A stretch of 64,000 nucleotides of DNA from an uncultured bacterium (GTDB taxonomy: Bacteria > Verrucomicrobiota > Verrucomicrobiia > Limisphaerales > UBA8199): positions 640,001 through 704,000 of the forward strand of contig CAVVMW010000021.1 in NCBI GenBank assembly GCA_963749495.1. Reading direction: 5' to 3'. Position numbers and translations under genes: made by a program. Below are positions 40,107 to 49,714 of this stretch, one piece after another. Position 1 is the first letter of the stretch. Each line of letters starts with the position of its first letter. The notes below the pieces were generated by a model. It was not told the origin of the DNA, made no database searches, and was given only the letters and a program-made list of their open reading frames with translations.

Positions 40107-42581
40107 TTATCGGACTTGGCCGCGGTAGAACTGGGCGCCCTGGGGCGGGTTGGGGCTGACAAAATAATTCGTCCCGCCATCGAGGATACAGGTGCCGACA
40201 AACTGCCACTGGGATAAATCTGGCGAAGACTCGATGTCCACGGCCAGGCCGGGAAGACCGGTGATCCCAAAACCGAACTGGCCGGCGCTCAGGCTCGGCG
40301 GCTGCAGGTTCGGCGCCGGCACTGAGCTGGCGGGAATTCCTTTCAGGATCGTGTCGTCGTAGGTGTTCGCCACATAGACGTTGCCCGCGCTATCCACCGC
40401 CACGCCGTTAGGAGTATTAAACTGCGCGGCGCTCCCCGTCCCGTCCGCGTTGCCACCACTGACCGGCGACCCCGCCAGCGTCGTGACTGCCCAGTTCCCT
40501 CCGGCCGGCGTTACTTTCCGGATCGTGTTGTTCCCGGAGTCCGCCACATAGACGTTGGTTGCGCTGTCCACCGCCACGCCCTGAGGATAATTAAACCGCG
40601 CGGCGCTGTTCGTGCCGTCCGCGCTGCCAGAAGTGCCCGACGCTCCCGCCAGGATCGTCACCACGCCCGCCGGTGTCACCTTCCGGATTGTGTGACTGTA
40701 ATAGTCCGCCACATAGACGTTGCCATTGGTGTCCACCGCCACCCCGGTAGGACCACTAAACTGCGTGGACAGCGTCGTCACCACGCCCGCGGACGTCACT
40801 TTGCGGATCGCTGCGTTGGCAGTGTCCGCCACATAGACGTTGCCATTGGTGTCCACCGCCACGCCGTTAGGATAATCAAACTGTGCGCTCGTCTGCGTCC
40901 CGTTCACGAAGCCAGGATTGCCCGCCTTTCCGGCCAGCGTCGTCACGACCCAATTCGTTCCAACCGGCGTCACTTTGCGGAGCATGTGGTTGCCCCAATC
41001 CGCCACATAGACGTTGCCCGCGGCGTCCACCGCCGGGCCACAAGGACCATTAAACCTCGCGGCGCTGTTCGTCCCGTCCGCCCTGCCAGGACTGCCCGCC
41101 AATCCGGCCAGGGTCGTTACCACCCCAGCGGGCGTGATCTTGCGAATCGTGTCGTTGCTAAAGTCCGCCACATAGACGTTGGTTGCGCTGTCCACCGCCA
41201 CGCCGATAGGAGTATTAAACCGCGCGACGCTCCCCGTCCCGTCCCCGCTGCCAGTTACGCCCGTCGGCAGTCCTGCCAGGGTCGTCACCACCCAATTCGC
41301 TCCGGCCGGCGTCACTTCCCGGACTGTGAAGTTGTAAGCGTCCGCCACATAGACGTTACCCCTGCTATCCAGCGCGACGCCCTCCGGATAATCAAACTGC
41401 GCGGCGCTCCTCGTGCCGTCATTGGTGCCAGAATTGCCCGCCAGCCCAGCAATGGTCGTCACCTCCCAACTCGCTCCGACCGGCGTCAATTTACGGATCG
41501 TGAAGTTGTAAGTGTCCGATACATAGACGTTGGTCGCGCTGTCCACCACCACGTGTTTAGGATAGTCAAAACGCGCGGCGCTCCCCGTCCCGTCATTCGT
41601 GCCAGAATAGCCCGCCAGCCCGGCAATGGTCGTCACCTCCCAACTCGCTCCGGCTGGCGTCAATTTACGGATCGTGTCGTTGACCGTGTCCGCTACATAG
41701 AGGTTGCCCGCGCCGTCCAGCGCCACGCCCCGAGGATAATTAAACCCCGTGGCAATGGTCGTCACCACTCCCGCCGGTGTCACTTTCCGGATCGTGGAGT
41801 TGAATTTGTCCGCCACATAGACGTTGCCCGCTCCGTCCACCGCCACGCCCATAGGATGATTAAACTCCGCGTTCGTCCCCGTCCCGTTCGCGCTGCCAGA
41901 AATGCCCGCCCGTCCGGCCATGGTGGTCACCACCCAATTCGTTCCGACAGGTGTTATTTTGCGGATCGTAGAGTTGCCGGTGTCCGCCACATAGAGGTTG
42001 CCTGCGCTGTCCAGTGCCAGGTCTTCCGGATCATTGAACCGCGCGGCGTTCCCCGTCCCGTCCGCGCTGCCATAACTGCCCGCCAGTCCGGCCAGCGTGG
42101 TCACCACCCAATTCGCTCCGACCGGCGTCACTTTGCGGATCGTCGAGTTGCCTGAGTCCGTCACATAGACGCTGCCATTGGTGTCCACCGCCACGTCGGA
42201 AGGATAATTGATCCGGGCGGCGCTATTCGTCCCGTCCGCGGTGCCGTAGCTGTGCCCGGCGAGGGTGGTGAAGGTGTAAGGAGTGGCATAATTGGCCTGG
42301 CCCAGGACCGCCAGTGGCAGGCCTGCGGCCAGGGCCGAGAGCCACACGCAAAGCACAGAATCACGCAGCGCGTGGCGCGCCGTCTGGAGCCAAGAGCCGG
42401 CCTTTATAATGGCAGACGGCTGCCCCTCCCAGTGGCCGGGCGGCCCCGCCAGGGGAAAAGAGTTTGCTTTTTGGCGCCGCCCCCGGCCGGGCAGAATCCG
42501 GACTTGGCCCGAACCCGGCTCCTGCGGCAGGCGGCTGCCGGACACGCCGTCGGCGAGGAATTCTATTTTAATCTTCATCAT
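40107..42581 (-). CDS. Secreted NHL-repeat protein with C-terminal 'FYR' domain
   Basis: About 12-13 repeats 'FNxPxGVAVDxxGNVYVADxxNxTIRKVTP'; start may lie downstream of 42581. Confidence 0.88.
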   Translation of the reverse strand: MMKIKIEFLADGVSGSRLPQEPGSGQVRILPGRGRRQKANSFPLAGPPGHWEGQPSAIIKAGSWLQTARHALRDSVLCVWLSALAAGLPLAVLGQANYATPYTFTTLAGHSYGTADGTNSAARINYPSDVAVDTNGSVYVTDSGNSTIRKVTPVGANWVVTTLAGLAGSYGSADGTGNAARFNDPEDLALDSAGNLYVADTGNSTIRKITPVGTNWVVTTMAGRAGISGSANGTGTNAEFNHPMGVAVDGAGNVYVADKFNSTIRKVTPAGVVTTIATGFNYPRGVALDGAGNLYVADTVNDTIRKLTPAGASWEVTTIAGLAGYSGTNDGTGSAARFDYPKHVVVDSATNVYVSDTYNFTIRKLTPVGASWEVTTIAGLAGNSGTNDGTRSAAQFDYPEGVALDSRGNVYVADAYNFTVREVTPAGANWVVTTLAGLPTGVTGSGDGTGSVARFNTPIGVAVDSATNVYVADFSNDTIRKITPAGVVTTLAGLAGSPGRADGTNSAARFNGPCGPAVDAAGNVYVADWGNHMLRKVTPVGTNWVVTTLAGKAGNPGFVNGTQTSAQFDYPNGVAVDTNGNVYVADTANAAIRKVTSAGVVTTLSTQFSGPTGVAVDTNGNVYVADYYSHTIRKVTPAGVVTILAGASGTSGSADGTNSAARFNYPQGVAVDSATNVYVADSGNNTIRKVTPAGGNWAVTTLAGSPVSGGNADGTGSAAQFNTPNGVAVDSAGNVYVANTYDDTILKGIPASSVPAPNLQPPSLSAGQFGFGITGLPGLAVDIESSPDLSQWQFVGTCILDGGTNYFVSPNPPQGAQFYRGQVR

Positions 42582-42639
42582 CTTCTTACTTTCTTATTGT
42601 TATGCTCTTGTTTTCTTATTCAGACGGTCTTACGAGCCT

Positions 42640-42935
42640 CTCGATGCCCGTCCAGAAACGCCGCCCGTTCGCCGGGGACGGCCTTTCCAGCGCCGCGGGG
42701 AAAATCTCCCGCTCGCCATCCAACGATGGATCGGAATTCGCGCCCATAAAATCGCTTCATGTAGAGAAGCGGAATTCCTAAACCATTCCCGCCAAGTTTT
42801 TTTGGAGACGGTGGCAGAATTAACCGCAGAGAACGCAGAGATCACAAAGAAACGCCTCAATTCCCTCGGCTTTTGCGTTCTTTGTGTTCTTTGCGGTTAA
42901 TTCCGCAACCTGCTCTTAGGAGCCGCCGGCCTGGC
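42640..42935 (-). repeat. Relic ECF 3' end / hairpin / intergenic / kinase 5' end cassette (copy A)
   Basis: 46-nt block identical to 47095-47140 and 52368-52413; degenerate kinase start MGANSDPSLDGEREIFPAALERPS. Confidence 0.85.
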
Positions 42936-43003
42936 TCTGCTCGCGCAGCCGTGTTTATCCGTGTCCATCCGTGGTTCAAAAACCTGAACTGCCGGATTCA
43001 GGT

Positions 43004-46000
43004 TCAACGCAAGTCGTTGCCCTCGGGATCGAGCGTCACCTTGATCCCCTTGAGCGGATTGCCCTGGGCATCGGTGAACCGAATGGACCCCAGCCAGTAG
43101 CCGAGTTCATTCACCACTTTGAACACCAGCACGTTCAGGCCCGCGTTCAGAGCGAGGTCTGGCACCGTATCCTGGTCGGCGAGAAAGGCGCGCCCAAAGG
43201 GAGACTTGTGGACCTGCTTCCCATTCAGATACACCTTGGCCTCATCGTCGCTGCCGACCAGCATCCGCAGGCCGCGCTGCTCGGCTTCCGACCGCAGGTA
43301 ACAGACCGCATAGGCGACGCTTTGAGTTGTCTCGTGCCCCAGGAGCGAGTTGAAGTCGATCTCGTTGTCCTCCAAGGCCACTGCCCGCCACTTCAACTGG
43401 CCATTCAGAATGGGCCTGGTTTCTCCCGCCTTGGGCCGGAGCCGGGCTTCGCCTTCGATCTGCTCCAAATCCACTCCCGCCGCGCCCCTTTGGCCCGTGG
43501 GTAACGCGATCGGCGCCAGGATGAGCCAGCGTCTGATGGCGCCCTCGTCACGGGCGCGAGCGAGCCGCTGGCGCTCCTGCTCGGCGGTCTGCTCGCGCTG
43601 CCAGGCTGCCAGAGATTGCTCCGCCGCCCGTTCTTCCGCCTCCCACGCGGCCACCTGCTCCGCGGGCGCCGCTGCCCACACCTTGGCCGTCCAATCCTCA
43701 CTGCCAGTGGCAATCCGCTGGCCGTCCGGGGAAAAGGCGACAGACCAAATCGGAGCGGTGTGCCCCTTGAGCGTGAGCAGTTCCTGGCCACTGGCCGCCT
43801 CCCACACCTTGGCCGTTTGATCGTCACTGCCGGTGACAATCCGCTGGCCGTCCGGGGAAAAGGCCACAGACCTAATCCAACGGGTGTGCCCCTTGAGCGT
43901 GGGCAGTTCCCGGCCTGCCTTGTCAACCGAAAGGCCACTGGCCGCCTCCCACACCCTGGCCGTCTGGTCCTGACTGCCGGTGACAATCCGCTGGCCGTTC
44001 GGGGAAAAGGCCACGGAGCCAATCGGACCGCTGTGCCCCCTGAGCGTGAGCAGTGCCCGGCCTGCCTTGTCGGCAGACAGGCCACTGGCCGCCTCCCATA
44101 CCATGGCCGTTTGATCGTCACTGCCGGTGACGATCCGCCGGCCATCCGGGGAAAAGGCCACAGACCAAATCGCACCCCTGTGCCCCGTGAGCGTGCGCAG
44201 TTCCCGGCCTGCCTTGTCGGCAGACAGGCCGCTGGCCGCCTCCCAAACCTTCGCCGTTTGATCGTCACTGCCGGTGACAATCCGCCGGCTATCCGGGGAA
44301 AAGGCCACAGACCAAATCCGATCCGTGTGCCCCGTGAGCGTGAGCAGTGCGTTGCCGCTGGCTGCCTCCCACACCATGGCCGTCTGATCGCCGCTGCCGG
44401 TGACAATCCGGCGGCCATCCGGGGAAAAGGCCACAGACGTAATCTCAGCGCTGTGCCCCTTGAGCGGGAGCAGTGCCTTGCCGCTGGCCGCCTCCCACAC
44501 CATGGCCGTCTGATCGCCGCTGCCGGTGACAATCCGCTGGCCGTCCGGGGAAAAGGCCACAGCCCTGATCCAACTGGTGTGCCCCTCGAGCGTGACCGGT
44601 TCCCGGCCTGCCTTGTCGGCAGACAGGCCGCTGGCCGCCTCCCACACCTTGGCCGTCGCATCCCAACTGCCGGTGACAATCCGCTGGCCGTCCGGGGAAA
44701 ACGCCACAGACCAAATCCGATCCGTGTGCCCCTTGAGCGTGAGCAACTCCCGGCCAGTGGCCGCCTCCCACACCCTGGCCGTCGCATCCAGACTGCCGGT
44801 GATGACCCGCCGGCCGTCCGGGGAAAAGGCCACAGACCAAATCGCGCCCCTGTGTCCCTTGAGCGGGAGCAGTTCCCGGCCTGCCTTGTCGGCAGACAGG
44901 CCGCTGGCCGCCTCCCACACCTTGGCAGTCCGATCCTCACTGCCGGTGACAATCCGCTGACCGTCCGGGGAAAAGGCCACAGACGTAATCTGATCGCTGT
45001 GCCCCTTGAGCGTGAGCAACTCCCGGCCGCTGGCCGCCTCCCACACCTTGGCCGTCGCATCTGCACTGCCCGTAATAATCCGCCGGCCGTCCGGGGAAAA
45101 GGCCACGGACGCAACTCGATCGCTGTGCCCCGTGAGCGTGAGCAGTGGGTTGCCGCTGGCCGCCTCCCACACCTTGGCCGTCTGATCCCAACTGCCGGTG
45201 GCAATCCGCTGGCCGTCCGGGGAAAAGGCCACAGACGCAACGGGAGCGATGTGCCCCGTGAGCGTGAGCAGTGGGTTGCCGGTGGCCGCGTCCCACACCT
45301 TGGCCGTCCGATCCCAACTGCCGGTGGCAATCCGCTGGCCGTCCGGGGAAAAGGCCACGGACGCAATCTGAGCGATGTGTCCCTTGAGCGTGAGCAGTTC
45401 CCGGCCTGCCTTGTCGGCAGACAGGCCGCTGGCCACTTCCCACACCTTGGCCGTCTGATCCCCGCTGCCGGTGACAATCCACCGGCTGTCCGGGGAAAAG
45501 GCCACCGAGGTCACCGCCTGCCGGTGGCCTCGGAGTGTCCTCAAGGCCAGGTGAGTTTGCCGTTGCCAGTAGTGCCATTCGAACCCATGGCCTGGAAAGG
45601 CCTGCGTGTCTTTCAGTAAGCGCCGCAGCCAGCCGATATCGTTTTGCTCCCAGGCCCGTTGGGCCAGGTTCAGGTTGGCCACATAGAAGAGGCGGTCTGC
45701 CCGCAGGTGCGCCTGCTTCTCGGCCTGCTGGGACCGTTCAGCGGCGAGCCGCTGCTCCGTTTCGGCATTCCTGGCCGTGCTGGCCACGATGGCCTGCCAA
45801 CTGCTCACGCCGGTTCCCACGACCAATGCCGCCGCCATCACCGCCGCCGCGGTAAAGGCCAGTTTGTTGCGCCGCCAGGCCTTCCGGAGCCGGTAAGCCG
45901 TGCTGGGCGGCCGGGCCACGACCGGTTCGTCGCGGAGATGCCGCTGGAGATCGGCGGCCAGACCATTGGCCGTCGCGTAACGGCGCGCCCGGTCCTTCTC

Positions 46001-47089
46001 GAGGCACTTCATGACGATCCAATCCAGGTCGCCACCGAATAGCCGGCCAAGAGCCAGTTCGCTGGCGCCACGGTTCCGGGCCACGCTGCCGCGCTGCTCG
46101 CCTTGGAGGGTGCTCAGGCGTGTGGAAGGCCGTTCCGGTTCCTCCTCCAGGATGATCCGCTGCATCTCCTGGTAGCTGGCGCTGCGCAACTGCTTCTCCG
46201 GGAAAGGTGTCGTCCCGGTCAGCAATTCGTAGAGCAGCACCCCCAGGGCGTAGATGTCGCTGCGCGTATCCACATCCAGGCGGCTCATTTCGGCCTGCTC
46301 CGGACTCATGTAGGCCGGCGTGCCGATCATCGTCGCGTAGTCGGTGAAGTACGTCTTCTCGGTCAGTTTCTGGTTGGTGGCTTTGGCCACGCCGAAGTCG
46401 ATCACCATGGGCATGGGCACGCCGGCATTGAGCGTGACCAGGATGTTGGTTGGCTTGAGGTCGCGGTGAATGATCCCTTTTTGGTGCGCGCTCTGGATGG
46501 CCTGGCAGACGGGAATGAAGAGCTTGATCCGCTCCTCGGCGGGAAGGCGGTTCCGGTCGCAAAACTCGGTGATGGGCACGCCCTGAACCAGTTCCATCAC
46601 GAAGTAAGGCCGGCCCGTGTCGGTCGCCCCGCCATCGAGCACCTTGGCGATGCTCGGATGGTCCATGAGGGCCAGGGCCTGGCGCTCGGCCTCGAAGCGG
46701 GCCACGACCTGCTTGGTGTCCATCCCCAGCTTGATAATCTTCAGGGCCACGCGCCGGCGGACCGGTTCCTCCTGCTCCGCCATATACACCACCCCCATGC
46801 CGCCCTCGCCGATCTTCTGCAGCAGCTTGTAGCGGCCAATCACCGCCCCGATGCCTTCACCAACCAACGGCTCAGCCGGCGCCATCCGCTGCAAATCCGC
46901 CGCCGGGTCCTCCAGGAACCCATCCTCCGCATGGTGCCGGAGCAGCGACTCCAAACGGGCGCGCAACGGCGCATCGTTCCCACAAGCCCGGTCCAGAAAC
47001 GCCGCGCGTTCGCCGGCAGACGGCCTTTCCAGCGCCGCCAGGAAAATCTCCCGCTCGCGGTCCAACGACGCATCCGGATTCGCATTCAT
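43004..47089 (-). CDS. Ser/Thr protein kinase with 14 WD40 repeats and a C-terminal PA14-like domain
   Basis: [29 protein letters not shown]; 14 '[30 protein letters not shown]' repeats; '[13 protein letters not shown]...[12 protein letters not shown]'. Confidence 0.95.
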   Translation of the reverse strand: MNANPDASLDREREIFLAALERPSAGERAAFLDRACGNDAPLRARLESLLRHHAEDGFLEDPAADLQRMAPAEPLVGEGIGAVIGRYKLLQKIGEGGMGVVYMAEQEEPVRRRVALKIIKLGMDTKQVVARFEAERQALALMDHPSIAKVLDGGATDTGRPYFVMELVQGVPITEFCDRNRLPAEERIKLFIPVCQAIQSAHQKGIIHRDLKPTNILVTLNAGVPMPMVIDFGVAKATNQKLTEKTYFTDYATMIGTPAYMSPEQAEMSRLDVDTRSDIYALGVLLYELLTGTTPFPEKQLRSASYQEMQRIILEEEPERPSTRLSTLQGEQRGSVARNRGASELALGRLFGGDLDWIVMKCLEKDRARRYATANGLAADLQRHLRDEPVVARPPSTAYRLRKAWRRNKLAFTAAAVMAAALVVGTGVSSWQAIVASTARNAETEQRLAAERSQQAEKQAHLRADRLFYVANLNLAQRAWEQNDIGWLRRLLKDTQAFPGHGFEWHYWQRQTHLALRTLRGHRQAVTSVAFSPDSRWIVTGSGDQTAKVWEVASGLSADKAGRELLTLKGHIAQIASVAFSPDGQRIATGSWDRTAKVWDAATGNPLLTLTGHIAPVASVAFSPDGQRIATGSWDQTAKVWEAASGNPLLTLTGHSDRVASVAFSPDGRRIITGSADATAKVWEAASGRELLTLKGHSDQITSVAFSPDGQRIVTGSEDRTAKVWEAASGLSADKAGRELLPLKGHRGAIWSVAFSPDGRRVITGSLDATARVWEAATGRELLTLKGHTDRIWSVAFSPDGQRIVTGSWDATAKVWEAASGLSADKAGREPVTLEGHTSWIRAVAFSPDGQRIVTGSGDQTAMVWEAASGKALLPLKGHSAEITSVAFSPDGRRIVTGSGDQTAMVWEAASGNALLTLTGHTDRIWSVAFSPDSRRIVTGSDDQTAKVWEAASGLSADKAGRELRTLTGHRGAIWSVAFSPDGRRIVTGSDDQTAMVWEAASGLSADKAGRALLTLRGHSGPIGSVAFSPNGQRIVTGSQDQTARVWEAASGLSVDKAGRELPTLKGHTRWIRSVAFSPDGQRIVTGSDDQTAKVWEAASGQELLTLKGHTAPIWSVAFSPDGQRIATGSEDWTAKVWAAAPAEQVAAWEAEERAAEQSLAAWQREQTAEQERQRLARARDEGAIRRWLILAPIALPTGQRGAAGVDLEQIEGEARLRPKAGETRPILNGQLKWRAVALEDNEIDFNSLLGHETTQSVAYAVCYLRSEAEQRGLRMLVGSDDEAKVYLNGKQVHKSPFGRAFLADQDTVPDLALNAGLNVLVFKVVNELGYWLGSIRFTDAQGNPLKGIKVTLDPEGNDLR

Positions 47090-47143
47090 AAATTCGCTTC
47101 ATGTAGAGAAGCGGAATTCCTAAACCATTCCCGCCAAGTTCTT

Positions 47144-47719
47144 TTAGCGCCCGCCGCCGGCCTGGATTTCCTCGCGCAGCCACGTCTTGGCGAAGGTCCA
47201 CATCCGCTCGGCGGTGCGCAAGGGCAGGCCGAGCGACCCGGCGGCTTCCCCCACGCTCAAGCCCGCAAAGTAGCGCAGCTTGACCAGTTCAGCGGACACG
47301 GGATCGCGCCGGGCGAGTTGATCCAGCGCCTCGTGGACCGCCAGCAGTTGATCATCCGCCGAGACCGCCTGGAGCTTGGAATCCGACAACTCCACACGCT
47401 GGGGGTTGTCCCCGCGCTTCTCCGCGGTGCGTTGCCGCGCGCGATCCACCAGGATGCGGCGCATCGCCTCGGCGGCGGCCCGGAAGAAATGCTCGCGGCC
47501 GTTCCAGCCCTGGCTGGTGCCTCCGGTGAGCCGCAGCCAGGCCTCGTGCACCAGCGCCGTGGGTTGCAGCGTCTGGCCGGGCGCTTCCTTCGCCATTTTG
47601 GCCGCGGCCAGTCGGCGCAACTCCTCATAGACCAGCGGCAGCAGCTTCTCGGCCGCTTGCGCATCTCCGGCCCCAACCGCATCGAGCAGTTGGGTCGCTT
47701 GTTCCGCTGACTCGCCCAT
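47144..47719 (-). CDS. ECF sigma factor (TIGR02999-like, kinase-associated)
   Basis: 'LLPLVYEELRRLAA', 'TLQPTALVHEAWLRL', 'HFFRAAAEAMRRILVDRAR', 'LVKLRYFAGL'. Confidence 0.93.
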   Translation of the reverse strand: MGESAEQATQLLDAVGAGDAQAAEKLLPLVYEELRRLAAAKMAKEAPGQTLQPTALVHEAWLRLTGGTSQGWNGREHFFRAAAEAMRRILVDRARQRTAEKRGDNPQRVELSDSKLQAVSADDQLLAVHEALDQLARRDPVSAELVKLRYFAGLSVGEAAGSLGLPLRTAERMWTFAKTWLREEIQAGGGR

Positions 47720-47857
47720 AATTGAGTCTCCCAGCCTTCCCCCGCGGAACGCCATGTTCCCGACATAAGGCAGTGAAACCACCATTATTAGACACCCAAA
47801 TCGCCCAAAGCGCAAGCCGGCAGTGGGGCTGAGGGGCGAGAGGGCCGTTGACAAAGT

Positions 47858-47969
47858 CGTAGCGCAGGTTTCCAAACCTGCTGTATCGCCGATTTCCAAT
47901 CGGCAGGGCGTCGGCATCTCAAGCGCCCCCGGTTTGCGGACGGCCTGCGGGTTTGGAAACCTGCGCTAC
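47858..47969. repeat. REP-like palindrome (gtagcgcaggtttccaaacc family)
   Basis: gtagcgcaggtttccaaacctgc ... gcgggtttggaaacctgcgctac inverted ends. Confidence 0.75.
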
Positions 47970-48051
47970 CCAGCACCGGAGGCCTGAAACCGCTTTCAAA
48001 TTCTGAAATGTGAGGCCTAGTTGGGCGGCCCCTGGGCGGTGGTTGGTTCCT

Positions 48052-49582
48052 TTACTGGCTCAACCGGAAGAACAAATTCCCCGACGGCGATGCAACGGTC
48101 ATGAAATTATTCGTCCCGTCGTTGGAAATGCCGCTGCTCGGCACCCAGTTCGTCGCGTTTAAATCCGGGTTCTGCTGCAGCGTCCAGCCCGCGGAAGGAT
48201 ACGGCCAGGAGATTCTCAGGCTGTTCCCTGAACGCGCGAGAGCCAACGGGGGTGCCGGCGCCGCATTGGCGGCAGCCTGGCTTGGGTCCGTGAGCCGCCC
48301 CAGGAAGAGCAGGCTGCCCGACTGAGTGTCACGGATGAAAAACAGGAACGGATGATCGGCCCGGAAGAGGAAGACCGTAGGGCCATCGCCAGGACGACCA
48401 CAAGTGAAGGAGTCGCCGACAACCGTTGCCGCAGCCGCTTCTGTGCCTGCCTCGTTTACTTGCCCCCACGCCCTATGGAAGACATGGGTAATGAAGAGAT
48501 CCCTCGCCCCGTCTATTCCAGAAAAGTCAGCCACTCCCGGAGTGAACGCATCCGGCATCCCCATTGCCTCCAGCGTGTTCTTCAGCTCGAAGGAGGACTC
48601 CAGTGTGAACCTGGGCAGGAAGATATCAACCTGTTGCTCGACCATTTGCGCGAGGACGTTCGGAAAGAAACGCGGGGGAGAGCTGCTGCTCCAGTTGCCC
48701 CAGGCCATCGAATCCCCGCGGCAGCAGTATCACCATCGAAACCTGGTTGCTCCCGTAGGGCAGCTCGAGTGCCTGGAAATCACCGGTCTCCATGTAGTTG
48801 TAAAGATTTGTCGATGGCGGCTGGTGCATGAGTGGAGCTTCCACCTGATTGCTGCTGGAGAGATAGAACGGCTGCGTCGCAGTGTTGGTTTGGGCAAACG
48901 CCTGGGTCCAGACGCCCAGGAAGTATATGGCGTTAGCCAGCACCAGCCGGGTGCTGGGGTCCAGGCTGCCAGGCGGCAGAATATTTTGGATCTTGTTCTG
49001 GGTCTCTTGCGCCACCCAATTGTTGATCGTCAGCCTTGCCGCATCGGCTGAGGTGATGAAGTCGGCCTGGTTGACGCTGGCCTGGTATTGGGTGGTGGCG
49101 CTTGCCAGAAACGCGGGCAGGAAAGGATAGCCCTCCTGGGTCCAGAGCGCATTGGCGATGTTCAGCTCGATTGCGTTCGTCTCCTGGCTCGCGCTGAGTT
49201 CGCCCTGCAGTTCACCGAAGAGCGAGGCGAATTGTCCCTGGTCCGTGCCGAAACCGAGGACCTGGGCCATTTGCTGCTCCGTGTTGCCACTTGCGCCCGC
49301 GTAGGTCATCGCCAGGCAGGTGGAGATGCTGTAAGGCGAGAAGAAAAGGTTGCCCGTGTTGGTCGCCAGTTGCGTGTAGAGGTTCAGGGCAAAAGCCGTG
49401 TTGCTGGCGACCAGGGGATCCACCTGGGCGGTTGCAGCCATTGGCCCCCCGAGAACGATGAGGCCCAAGAAGACCGGCAGGGCTTGTTTCATTTGTTTGC
49501 CCCGGTGGTGGCGGAGAGCGGATTCGCACCTCTCGTGTGCGGTCTGGTCGTGGGCGTCAGCGGTTGGAATGGTGTTTTTCAT
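48052..49582 (-). CDS. Secreted serpin with C-terminal 'FFR' domain; frameshift near 48710
   Basis: 'NLFFSPYSIS', 'INNWVAQETQNKI', 'LANAIYFLGVW', hinge 'VNEAGTEAAAAT', 'FRADHPFLFFIRD...LFLGR'. Confidence 0.92.
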
Positions 49583-49714
49583 AATTCGAGTGGTTTTCAG
49601 TCGTTGTTGCGCGGCGCGCGAGCCGATGCTCCTCACTGACAGGGATACCGCCCTGAGAATTGGCGTCGCGCTCATCCTTCATTCTTCTTAATCTATAGTT
49701 CATCCTTGTTCCTC

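Noticed and set aside
43677..45550. CRISPR array or DGR
   Set aside because: The repeats are in-frame 126/147-nt WD40 units with no unique spacers; no cas or reverse transcriptase gene in the window and variation is not adenine-specific
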